This document shows, piece after piece, positions 1-11,471 of a stretch of 64,000 nt of DNA (position 1 is its first letter; every line of letters begins with the position of its first letter). The notes below the pieces were generated by a model that was given only the letters and a program-made list of their open reading frames with translations, was not told where the DNA came from and did not search any database. The translations under genes were made by a program, and so were the position numbers. This DNA comes from Octopus vulgaris (lineage: Eukaryota): the NCBI GenBank assembly GCA_951406725.2, contig OX597817.1:47492001-47556000 (forward strand), in the 5' to 3' direction.

Positions 1-817
1 ATACCAAGACAAAAAAATGTACATGATAACACTTCCAATCAGTTAAGATCAGAAGCCATGAGAGCCACTGCCTGGTACTATTATTATTATTATTATTATT
101 ATTATCATTATTATCATTATTATTATTATCATCCTTATTGTTGCTGCTAGTCAACTAGTTAATCAATTAACTAATTGATTGTTTGTTTAGTCATGCAGTC
201 AATGATTGAATCAGCTAAGGTTTGTCCAGAATCCTCTTCTTGTCATTTCCAACTTCATCAGCGACATAACCTCTCTATTCCAGGTTTGATTGTCTCCTAC
301 TTCACAGATGTATATTCATGGGGATGTGAATGAGAACGTATGTGTGTGTGAGAGAGTGAGATAGAGAGAGAGTGTGTGTGTGTGTGTGTATGTACATGTG
401 CACCTATATATGCATGTGTACATGCACGCCTGCGTGGTGTGATGCGGAGTGCACATGCATTCATGTGTCCACATGTGCACACAGTGTGAATTCCGTAAAA
501 TGTGAATGTAGTTAAATGGTTATTCATTAATTCATTTCATGATGAGTTCCGTTGTCTTTGTAAATGGATTGTGTGTGGGGGCGGAGGTGGGGTTGGGTGT
601 CCATCAGTACATGTGCATGCATAGATGAACATTCAAGTCCAGATGCTTACTCATTTCTGGAAGGGAATGGATGGTGCAGATCAAAATTAAAATTTTATGA
701 ATCACCTCATCTTTCATCTTAATAACCCATGGGAATAAGCAATCTATCAACCAACGAACTGAAATTCACATGTACGAAATACACAAATGTATGTTCGTTT
801 GTTAACACACAAATATA

Positions 818-1024
818 TTTCTTTTATTCTTTTATTTGAGGCCATGCTGGAGCACTGCCTTTAGTCAAACAAATCACACCCAGGACTTACTCTTTGTAGG
901 CCTAGTACTTATTCTATCGGTCTTTTGTCGAACCACTAAGTTACGTGGATGTAAACACACCAGCATCGGTTGTCAAGCGATGTTGGTGGGGGGACAAACA
1001 CAGACATACAAACATATATATACA

Positions 1025-1069
<45 letters not shown>

Positions 1070-1311
1070 GCATATATATATATATACACACAGACATACA
1101 CAGACACACAAATACATACATGCATATGCATGTATTGGTATAAATACAATGGGTTTCTTTCAGTTTCCATCTACCAAGCCCTCTCACAAGGCTTTGGTCG
1201 GCCCGAGGCTATAGTAGGAAACACTCGCTAACGATGCCCCATAGTGGAACTGAACCCAGAACCATGTGGTTGGGAAGCAAGCTTGTTACCACACAGCCAC
1301 TCCTGTGCCTA
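818..1311 (-). mobile_element. tRNA-derived SINE, family A (head, CORE-like segment, central (TA)n/(TG)n, tail)
   Basis: Reverse complement matches the full copy at 22230-22634: head AGGCACAGGAGTGGCTGTGTGGTAA...GGTTCAGTTCC, central TA run, tail ending GCTCCAGCATGGCC. Confidence 0.85.
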
Positions 1312-1780
1312 TATATTTACTAACTTAGCACACCCAATAATGCATGTTCACAAACCTATAAGTCTATGAGTTTCTTTTCCCTCCCAAGGGAGTAGACATT
1401 AGGGATGGGTCCAACATGTCCACCATACTATCTGATTTACACTGTGTTTATGGTGCAAAACAAGATCAATTGCTATAAGATGAGGACAGGCATCAATTCT
1501 TCAACTACTGGATATTTCATTCATTATATCTTTTATAACATATATCAAAAGCCAGTGGGGTACATGGATGGTTTTCAGTGAACCAGTAAATAAGGGACTG
1601 GCTGGAGCAGGGTACCTTAACCCTTTAACATACCATTGGACTTAAGCAGTTCAAATACTGGACTGAATTTAAAAGTGGGGCAAAGGAAACCCAATATTGG
1701 AACGGATTATGTGGAAGATACCATTAGGCTGACTACGCAGAATGCAAATCACAAGATGTGATGATCGAATAGTGTAAAAT

Positions 1781-1815
<35 letters not shown>

Positions 1816-1821
1816 CACACA

Positions 1822-2410
1822 CAGGAAACATGGGATGAGGTGGTGAAGCATGACTTTTGAACACTGGGCCTAACAGTGACAATGACAAAAGACTGAGAAC
1901 TCTGGAGATATGCTGTGACTGAGAAGACTTGCCAAATAAAGTGAGTTCACAGCTGTAATCTACACCAGTGTTGCATACCCAGCCCACTCAAAAGTACCCT
2001 TGGATCATAGAGTGACATGCTGTGCTTCAGGAGACCTATTGAGTCACGTAAGATCAAATGGAAATTGTAGTTGTGACCCCCGTGCTGGTGGCACGTAAAA
2101 AGCACCATCCAAATGTGGCCGATGCCAGCACTGCGTTGACTGGATTCCGTGCCGGTGGCACGTAAAATGGAACCAACCCATTGTGGTCACTGCCAGCCCC
2201 CTCTGGTCCCTATACTGGTGGCACATAAAAAGCACTCACTACACTCTCAGAGTGGCTAGCGTTAGGAAGAGCATCCAGCTGTAGAAACACTGCCAGATCA
2301 GACTGGAGCCTGGTGTAGCCTCCTGGCTTCCCAGACCCCGGTCGAACCATCCAACCCATGCCAGCATGGAAAATGAATGTTAAACGATGATGATAATGAT
2401 GATGATGATG
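1822..2410 (+). mobile_element. 5'-truncated RTE LINE 3' end (ORF C-terminus, 3'UTR, (ATG)n tail)
   Basis: Encodes RKHGMRW/KTWDEVVKHDF-like text matching the C-terminus of the 12095-12757 ORF. Ends CCAACCCATGCCAGCATGGAAA...TTAAACGATGATGAT like the other copies. Confidence 0.85.
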
Positions 2411-3721
2411 ACAATACACACACACACACATAGTACTTGGCACACTTCCTTTGAATGGAAGCATGCCAAGTACTAGAACCTTTTGCAAGATTGCAGGGTG
2501 AAGGAATGGCAATCATAGCTATTCCTAGCTGAGATTGGCTGAAGGGAATTAATTCTCTGCCCAGTCAGTATGGAGGATGCTTACAACCACTGGAATCAGA
2601 AGAAAAGGGCAAAAGGTAGCTGTATGTAGGAAGGGACAGGCAAGAGAAAGAACCTCCTGCTGGTTATAGAGCAAAAGAGGAGTTAAGCTAGATGCCAGGA
2701 GGAGAAGATATGCAGTGATTAGGCCACCACTACTGATCCACCAACAGGAGAGTGTTACAGCTCATGGTTGGATACTGTCTGATAACACCAATTCCTGCTG
2801 GTCAAGGCTACATTCACCAAATATGAATAAAGAAGAAGCAACTTCTTTTAGACTTTATCAATGCCATAATTGCACTTTACAGCCCCGACCACAACAGTGT
2901 TATTGCTGTTTAATATTGACATGTACTTTGCTTTCCTTGATAAGCTTCCAAATGTGTTTTACACCAGAAAATGTATTCGATATAATTGAAATACAGAAGA
3001 GAAAGTATGTAAATACATGCCTGGGCAGTCAGAGTATGTTGTTATATTATTACATATGGTGCAATTTAATAAACCGTGTTGTTGCATGTGATTAAATAAA
3101 TAAAATAGAATTATTAAATATAGAGAATTAAGCGTTCGTTATTGTGAGTTTTAATTTGTTGCAAGCAACCAAAGGATTTTGTTTACATGTAGTTTTATTA
3201 GATATATTACAGGGGAAAATATAATGTTAAGCTTTTAATATTTTGAAGGAAATTTCATTCCATATATAAGCAAGGGTATGTGACGTTTTGGTACAGTCAT
3301 TTCGGAGCCCTTGATTTCGCATTGCCAATTCAATCCTGACTTATTTAACATTGGATATTTTGGTGTTTAGACATTGGATGGAGTCTGTATGGAAGAGAAT
3401 TAACAGTATAATTATCTGTGAGGGTGACATGCTCCTCTTTGCAGCAACTCAGAATCATTTCATGAATCAAGGAAATAAAGTTATTCCCAGATTAAAAGGA
3501 GCCAATGTATTGATTAATCTGAATAAATGAGTTAACTAAGTATCTTTCATAGATTTCCTAAGAACGAATAGTTCAAAGGTTGGGATCAAACAATCACATG
3601 ACCTTCCAAACAATATCCAATGGATTAATGTTCCTAAATCAAACAAAAAAAAAAATGAAAACTATTTGAGATTGACTATTATCAGCAGTATATACCAAAA
3701 TTTGTAGACATAGTCACGCCT

Positions 3722-3928
3722 CTTCTTTTCTACTCTAGGCACAAAGCCCAAAACTTTTGGGGCGGGGCCAGTCAATTAGATCAACCCCAGTATGCAACTG
3801 GTACTTAATCTTTTGACCTTGAAAGGACGAAAGGCAAAGTCAACCTCAGTGGAATTTGAACTCAGAACATAAAGATAGACGAAAAATTGCTAAGAATATC
3901 ACCCAACGTGCTAACGTTTCTGCCAGTC
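3722..3928 (-). mobile_element. SINE family B with alternative tail
   Basis: Shares the head and the GTTCTGAGTTCAAATTCC...GCCTTTCRTCCTTTC...AAGTACCAG body with 7950-8368. The tail is GGCCCC...TGTGCCTAGAGTAGAAAAGAA, as at 46600-46780. Confidence 0.8.
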
Positions 3929-4247
3929 AAGCCAATTCTTGCAGCAACAAAAAGGAATACCATTACTTTAAGGATGTAGCAAGAACAGGCTCTATAAGAA
4001 GACAAAAGAACTACCATATGTCTTGGCATATTTTCAAAACAAAAAAATTATCTCCAAAAATCACCCCAGGCTCTATATGCAAAGCTAGGCCTCCCATAAA
4101 TTAATTTTGAGCCTGCCACTCACTACTATATGCTATTTCTAATCCTGACAATCTTTTCTACCAAGCTTGATTCCATAATATGAGCAGTTATATTAAGTCT
4201 TTATATACAGTAATGTTTTCCAGCTTTATATACAATAATGTTTTGTA

Positions 4248-5143
4248 TATAACGTATATGTGGAGGTGCAATGGCCCAGTGGTTAGGGCAGCGGACTCGC
4301 GGTCGTAGGATCGCGGTTTCGATTCCCAGACCGGGCGTTGTGAGTGTTTATTGAGCGAAAACACCTAAAGCTCCACGAGCTCCGGTAGGAGGTGGTGGCG
4401 ATCCCTGCTGTACTCTTTCGCGACAACTTTCTCTCACTCTTTCTTCTGTCGGCCTGCTCGCTTAGCCAGCGGGGTGGTGTCATTTGAAGGCTAAAACAAT
4501 GCGAAGCGCATTGTTACCAGCGATGTGTAGCAACATCTGATAGCCTGGTCGGTCACGGTGATCACGGTGATATAACGTATATAATGTTTCATTTTTGGAT
4601 TTGGTTTCCAAGATTCTTTATGTGATTTCGTGTGTTGAAGTATATTCTGTTGTGTCTGGGGAGAGCCATTTTCTTTTTGTGCCTTATAATGTAACACACT
4701 CACAAGTAAAATTTCCACTTATTTCTTATTTTTATTTTCCTAAAATTTTCGTTGTGTCTTGCAACCTTTTCAATAGTCTTTGACTCTTACATAATAAGGC
4801 ACAAAAAGAAAATGACTCTCCCCAGACACAATAGAAACATTTCATTTAAAGAAGAAAAAAAACACCATTTGCCAACTTTATAATTTCGTTTTTGGATTTG
4901 GTTTGCAAGATTCTTTATATGAGTTTGTGTGTTGAAGCATATTCTGTTGTGTCTGGGGAGAGTCATTTTCTTTTTGTGCCTTATAATTTAATATACTCAC
5001 CAGTAAAATTTCCACTTATTCCTTATTTTTATTTTCCTAAAATTTTCGTTGCATCTTGTAACATTTCCAATAGTTTTGACTCTTACATAATAAGGCACAA
5101 AAAGAAAATGATTCTCCTCAGACACAACAGAGTATATAATGTC
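4248..5143. mobile_element. Tandem (two-unit) fold-back element, Penelope-like, with 21-bp flanking direct repeat
   Basis: Two ~290-bp units (~4585-4835 and ~4882-5132), each with internal inverted arms TTCTGTTGTGTCTGGGGAGAG..TGTGCCTTAT / ATAAGGCACA..CCCAGACACAA. TATATACAATAATGTTTTGTA is duplicated at 4227-4247 and 5144-5164. Hammerhead-shaped motif on the minus strand. Confidence 0.65.
4260..4569 (+). mobile_element. tRNA-derived SINE family C, full length, with TSD
   Basis: A box TGGCCCAGTGG, B box GGTTTCGATTCCC, tail (TCACGGTGA)2. 13-bp duplication ATATAACGTATAT at 4247-4259 and 4570-4582. Other copies at 42015-42298 and 40715-40810. Confidence 0.88.
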
Positions 5144-7064
5144 TATATACAATAATGTTTTGTAGCTAAAGTGCTTTTGTAATGCATTGCAAAATTGCTT
5201 GAAATACTTTATGCTTTGAATGCACTAAAAACATTTTTCCTCAATATGCTCTGCTGAAATTGGGATGCATCTAACATGCCTGTGCATCTTTGATGCCATC
5301 AAATACAGAACAACTTACTAGACCTGATTCTGAACTGACTGAAGAGAATAATCTTCTATAAAAATAGACTATTTATTCTGAGACAATATCATGCACATGT
5401 TCTTCCCACAATTCATGACACACATGCACACACACATACACTCATATACACATACATGAATGTACAGACACCAAAGAAAGTAAGGGCGTATGTTTGGAGA
5501 CCTAATCTTGTTTGAGATGCTGACAAATTTTTTAAATCTTGTAATATGCACTAAAATCAGATTTAAAGGCATCTTGTGTACTGATAAAAGGTCTGAGTCA
5601 CTGCCCTGAGAAAGACTACATATGGGCTTATGTAATTATCGTAAATAGACTTGTTCAGAAGAACCTTGGTATTTAGAAATATATAAAATCAGTTAACGCT
5701 TTACATGTCTACTACAACTGCTGTGGTTCTGTAAGAGAACGTAACCGATTATGTTCTATGTCTGTACATAAATCATGCTGCATTATATTTCATTACACTT
5801 CAGTTTGACATTAGCTTTACAAAACGAATTGAACTAAAGCCCATTTTACCAAAGAAATTCAATTCCTTGGACTGAATATACTAACAGTCTTCTGACAGAG
5901 ACTTCAAGTATAGCCATTATTGCCAAAATATATAAAAATAATAAAAAAAAAAGACAAGACAAAAGTTGAAAGCATTTGGCATTTCTTCTTCAAGAAGATG
6001 GTAGTTTAAAAGGAAGTTATTAACAAGGAAACTCTCCTCACAAAAGTTGACAGCTCTTCTACTCCTGAGAATGAACCAGACTTGCTTTTCAAGATTAACA
6101 ATGGATTTACTGGGAAAAAATTACCAAAGTTATGGATAATTTTTTTCTATGAAATGCGCCATTTCAATTTCTCTGTGCTCTCTACAGCTATGTGTAATAC
6201 TCGACTATGAATATTTACAAAGACATCTCTTTTCACTTATTCAAAGAAAGAAATTATAGTCAAAGGAAATTTTCTTTGAAATTTTCAAAGAATTTTCGAA
6301 GGAAAAGATGAATTCTAATTTCCTTACGAGTCATTGTATAGTCACTTTATGAAATATACATTTCTGTCTCTTGTAAAAAGAGGAAGAAAAATATTCAATC
6401 TTCTCCAATAAATCATCTAGATATATGACTTATCTCTTTTAATGAGCCAAAAGTGTCGTTCTTTTATCATGGCTCCTACTTAAGCACAACAACGATATTT
6501 AGTTCCAAAATCCAATAGATTCTTAAGATGATGTCTCAGAAGACTTGGTAATTAATGTAATTATTCTACAGAACACATAAGAGAATGCTTAACCTATGTT
6601 TTCTCTAAGAAGTTGAGTTAAAATCAGCACAGCATCTTAACAAAACACTCATCAAATATTTAGTACTTGCATCCAGTGATAAATTGTGACATAATGAGGA
6701 GAGATGAAATATAAAGACATTTCTTTATTTTCTGATATTGCTAGCGTTCCATCTTACTGATGTATTTCAGGGGTCCTCGACCAGTTTTTGACAACAAACC
6801 CCTTTTCACTCTATATTTCTATTTTACTCTACAGGACCCCCATAGCCATTCAATGTTTAAAAATATCTTATTATATATATTTTTGTAATTAAATATTAGT
6901 TTTTAGGCAATTCATCATCATCATCGTTTAATGTCCACTTTCCATGCTGGCATGGGTTGGACAGTTTGACTGAGGACTAGTGAGCCAGAGGCTGCTTCAG
7001 GCTCAATCTGATCTAGAAACTTTGCTGATATTAAACGATGCTGATGATGATGCTGAATTGCATC

Positions 7065-7376
7065 CATTACAATAACGAAGGTTCCACCTGACTGGACCAA
7101 CAGAACAGCCTGTTTGTGAAATTAACACGCAAGTGGTTGAGCCCTCTACAGACTCACATACCCTTAATATAGTTCTTAGAGAGATTCAGTGTGACATAGA
7201 ATGTAACAGGGTTAGTCCTTTGAATAACAGGTACGATTCATTTTTGCCAAATGAGTGCCTGAAGTAATGTGAAACAGAGTGTCTCGCTCAAGGTCACAAT
7301 ACACTGCCAGGAATTGAACTCACAGCCTTACAATCATGAGCCAAATACCCTAACCACTAAGCCACGCTTCTTCACA
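7065..7376 (-). mobile_element. tRNA-derived SINE family E
   Basis: Reverse strand starts GTGAAGAAGCGTGGCTTAGTGGTTAGGG...GAGTTCAATTCC with a GTGACCTTGAGC CORE-like motif. Homologous to 31950-32592 and to the tail at 42730-42910. Confidence 0.75.
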
Positions 7377-7456
7377 CTCCCAAGAACTTACCCACCCATG
7401 TCACTTATATTCACCTTCTGGTAAGTTAAGAGTAAACCCTTATCTTCATTATAATC

Positions 7457-7695
7457 ATCATCATCAGCGTTTAACATCCGTTTTCCATGCTAGCATGGTT
7501 GGACGGTTCGACCGGGGCCTGGGAGGCCAGGAGGCTGCACTAGGCTCCAGTCTGAGCTGGCAGTGTTTCTACAGCTCGATGCCCTTCCTAAAGCCAACCA
7601 CTCTGAGAGTGTAGTGGGTGCTTTTTACGTGCCACTGGCACAGATGCCAGGGGAGGCTGGCAACAGCCTCGATCGGTTGGTGCTTTTTACGTGCC
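7457..7695 (-). mobile_element. Short RTE 3'-end copy
   Basis: (CAT)n followed by CGTTTAACATCCGTTTTCCATGCTAGCATGG..., matching the 3'UTR of the 11471-13452 LINE. Confidence 0.85.
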
Positions 7696-7949
7696 ATCTC
7701 CATCTTTTCCAACTGGGATAACCATGTACCTCCCCTACCGCAAGACACCTGTTCCTATCCCTCAATCATATTTTAACCTCTCATCACCTGATATAAAGCC
7801 ACTTCTCTTAATACTACTCACCCCCTTTCAGTCGAAAGGGATTTGCCTTGCAAGTTGCTTGGTGACCTCACTGGTGCTGGCGCCATTTAAAAGCCACCCA
7901 GTAAACTCTGTAAAAAGGTTTGCATTAGGAATGGTATCCAGCTCATGCG

Positions 7950-8368
7950 AAAGCAGCGAGCTGGCAGAAACGTTAGCAAGCCAGGTGAAATGCTCAACGG
8001 TATTTCGTCTGCTGTTACATTCTGAGTTCAAATTCCGCCATTCTCGACTTTGCCTTTCATCCTTTCGGGGTCGATTAAATAAGTACCAACTACACACTGG
8101 GGACGATATAATCGACTTAATCCATTTGTTTGTCCTTTTTTGTCCCTTCTGTGTTTAGCCCCTTGTGGGTAATAAAGAAATAGGTATTTCATCTGCCGTT
8201 GCGTTCTGAGTTCAAATTCCACCGAGGTCGACTTTGCCTTTCATCCTTTCAGGATCAATAAATTAAGTACCAGCTACGCACAGGGGTCGATGAAATCGAC
8301 TTAATCCCTTTGTCTGTCCTTGTTTGTCCTCTCTGTGTTTAGCCCCATGAAGGCAATAAAGAAATAAG
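7950..8368 (+). mobile_element. SINE family B, head-to-tail dimer, inserted in an RTE 3' fragment (7830-8478)
   Basis: Head GCGAGCTGGCAGAAACGTTAGCA, B-box-like GAGTTCAAATTCC, ~190-bp unit repeated twice ending TAAAGAAATA. The flanks rejoin as RTE 3'UTR (…CATCCAGCT | GAAA…CATGCAGCATGG…TAAATGAT). Confidence 0.85.
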
Positions 8369-8796
8369 AAATCATACAAAAGCAGACATTGGAGCTTGGA
8401 TTAGTCTTCTCGCTTGTTAGTTCCTGTTGAGCCATCAAAGCCATGCAGCATGGAAGATGGACGTTAAATGATTATGATGTAAACATGAAGAAACACAAAG
8501 CAGCTTTCTTTCCTAGTTTTTCTGCTCCAAGCAAAAATGACAATTTCTCATTTCAGTACAATTTTTTCATTTCTCACACACACACACATGCTCATTATGT
8601 TTATGTTTGTGCTTTGTGGATGTGGCTATATGAGCCTATTATAGGGAAAATTATTAAGCTACCTACATATACACATATATACACACCAGCACACATGGTT
8701 TCCAAAGTCATATCTCTTTGTGTATGTATGCATTTATATGTGTGCATATGTGTATGGGTACAAATGTATGAATGTATGAATGTGTGTGTGTGTGTA

Positions 8797-8827
<31 letters not shown>

Positions 8828-9011
8828 TTATGTGTATGTGTGTGTGCAAAAACAGCCCAAATCTATACTGAGTGGAAATCAATGTAGAATATGAATGTTG
8901 AAATGATTCTCTCTTTTTTTTTTATGTTCCTTATTTGTTTTACCAAAGAAGTTACAAAAAGGATTGTAGAAAATAACTGAAGTATTTTGGAGTAGAATTA
9001 GAGAGACAGAA

Positions 9012-9066
<55 letters not shown>

Positions 9067-9069
9067 GAG

Positions 9070-9800
9070 ACAGAAGGAAATCTAATAAACTTCAATTTAT
9101 ATTATTGCCAATCTAATAGCTTGAAGGACAAATGAAACATTTGTATAGGTAATTGATTGTGAGGTTTTCTCCCACTATTCTGATAGCAAGAATAATGCAA
9201 AGATAAGCTGAAGGACGGAGTGAAGCAGGATTGACATCATTGATTTGAGACGAACAAGTTAAGTCCTTGTTGAGATAAAACCCATTTTCTTAGCCGTTCT
9301 CGTCTTTTTCTTTGCATGTTGTTGATATTTATTTATATTGCCTTTATGCCTTTACTACGACGACCTTATCCATTAGATTGCATTTGCACCTACTGAAAGG
9401 GTTTAATTTATTAAATATCCTAAGCTTAGCTTGATGGATTCTTTAAATGAGCTTAGCTTATCAGATGGCAGCATGAAACTTGCAAACTTCCAGGCTGCGA
9501 GGCTTGTTGTAGAGATGGCGCTAGCTCGCAACCATATCAGAATAAGTGTTTGTTTGCATGTCAGCATGCATATATGACATTAAGCTATTAAGCTAGTCAA
9601 ACCTATTACACAACTCCGCATCCATTCTTTCTAAGGCTCCGCTCTTAAAACATTGCACATTTATGTTGCACTTTTCTGAACTAGCATTCAAGTGCAGCTG
9701 TTGCAATCGCCATCCTTTTAAGCATAAACATCTATTTACAACGACTTAGGTATTAGCAAGGAGTGCATTTTCCCATGCAAAATGCACCAAATGAATTAAT
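9070..9800. promoter_or_regulatory. Repeat-free island with two co-oriented CTCF-like motifs (candidate cis-regulatory element)
   Basis: AGATGGCAGC at 9463-9472, AGATGGCGCTA at 9513-9523 and TGATGGAT at 9432-9439. No TE or microsatellite in ~700 bp. Motif match only. Confidence 0.3.
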
Positions 9801-10475
9801 TAATTTTAATTTACTTTCTAGAATAATTTAGCCAAAGAAAATTGAGTAACATATGAATATAAAAAAAGGGAAAAATATTTTGAAATAAATGTCAAGATTT
9901 TTTTTTTAGAAAAAAATAAAAGCTAAATCAAAATTAAAATGCATAAACAAAACTGTCTTGATTCGAAATTGTTTCAAGATGCACACCTGCATATAAAGTA
10001 GCTGGTGTGTTGTAAAAGTTGCAAAGTGTGAGAGTGGAGCCATTAATAACAAGACTATTGCACAGATGACAAAGAATAAAGAAGAAAATAATATGAAAGA
10101 AATATATAAAAGAAAGTTTGAGTAGAAGGACAGGCTTTCTTCTTAGTTCTTTCTTCCACAAATATTACGGCAATTTTTCATTTCAATGGGATTATTTTAG
10201 ATATGTGGATTCTGTGTTTCATTTTGGAATGGAAGCTGGAGGAGGAGGAGGGAAAGAAATGAAATGACGGAAGTATGATTTTAAAAAGAAAAAAAAAAAT
10301 TAAGATTAAAAGAAAAATTTGTGATAAAAAAAAAATTACAGGAAAACATAAAAAAAAGAAAGATAATTAAAAAAATGGAAAGAAATACAGGAGGAAGGTG
10401 AAAGAGAGAAAGTATGATTAAATGAATGAAAACAATGTTATGAATTATAAACAAAGAATAAAAGAACCATGAAAG

Positions 10476-10506
<31 letters not shown>

Positions 10507-10984
10507 AGGAAAGAATGAAAACAACCAGAATTACATAGCACATCATACGACATCATTTAATTAATTTTATATAATAATATTTTCCAGCCTGGTTTTGAAA
10601 TATTTTCGGAATTATAACCGCTAAAGAGAATCTATTCATCCAAATACCAAATGACAGTACCTGCAAGAAATAATAGCGAAGTCCCTCTTAAATTACACTG
10701 TACTAAACTGTACAGAAATAAGGAAGGGACACATTGATAATGTAATCCTCAATAAGAGAGGGGACACAACTGGAGCCCTCTGACCGGAGGTTAACTTAAT
10801 CAGGGGTGATCTGGAACTAAAATCACAATTGAAGTTTTATGACTTCTACCATGTTGAATCTCATTCAGTCAGTATTTCGTTACTATTCTGACCAGATCCA
10901 AAACCTTGATTTGGTTGAAGTGGGGGGGGGAACCCCCCCAAAACTAGTAAAACTTAAGTCAATTAAAGAAAAGTTTATTTATAT

Positions 10985-11258
10985 CTTATTTCTTTACTGC
11001 CGACAAGGGGTTACACACAGAAGGGACAAATAAGGACAGACAAACGGATTAAGTTGATTATATCGACCCCAGTGCGTAACTGTTACTTATTTAATCGACC
11101 CCGAAAGGATGAAAGGCAAAGTTGGCCTCGGCGGAATTTCAACTCAGAACATAACTGCAGACGAAATACCTATTTCTTTACTACCCACAAGGGGCTAAAC
11201 ACAGAGGGGACAAATAAGGACAGACAAATGGATTAAGTCGATTATATCGACCCCAGTG
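10985..11258 (-). mobile_element. SINE family B partial dimer
   Basis: Reverse complement of the family B unit, repeated about 1.5 times. Confidence 0.8.
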
Positions 11259-11429
11259 CACCACCTTTAGTTGAACAAATTGACCCCAAGACTTATTCTT
11301 TGTAAACCTAGTACTTATTCTATCAGTCTCTTTTGCCAAACCACTAAGTTACGGTGGCATAAACACACCAACATTGGCTGTCAAGCAACAATGGGGGAGC
11401 AAACGCAAACACACAACATATACATAGAT

Positions 11430-11470
<41 letters not shown>

Positions 11471-11471
<1 letters not shown>

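Noticed and set aside
6008-6210. ~65-codon open frame (KEVINKETLL...) in unique sequence
   Set aside because: No start codon, splice signals or recognisable similarity.
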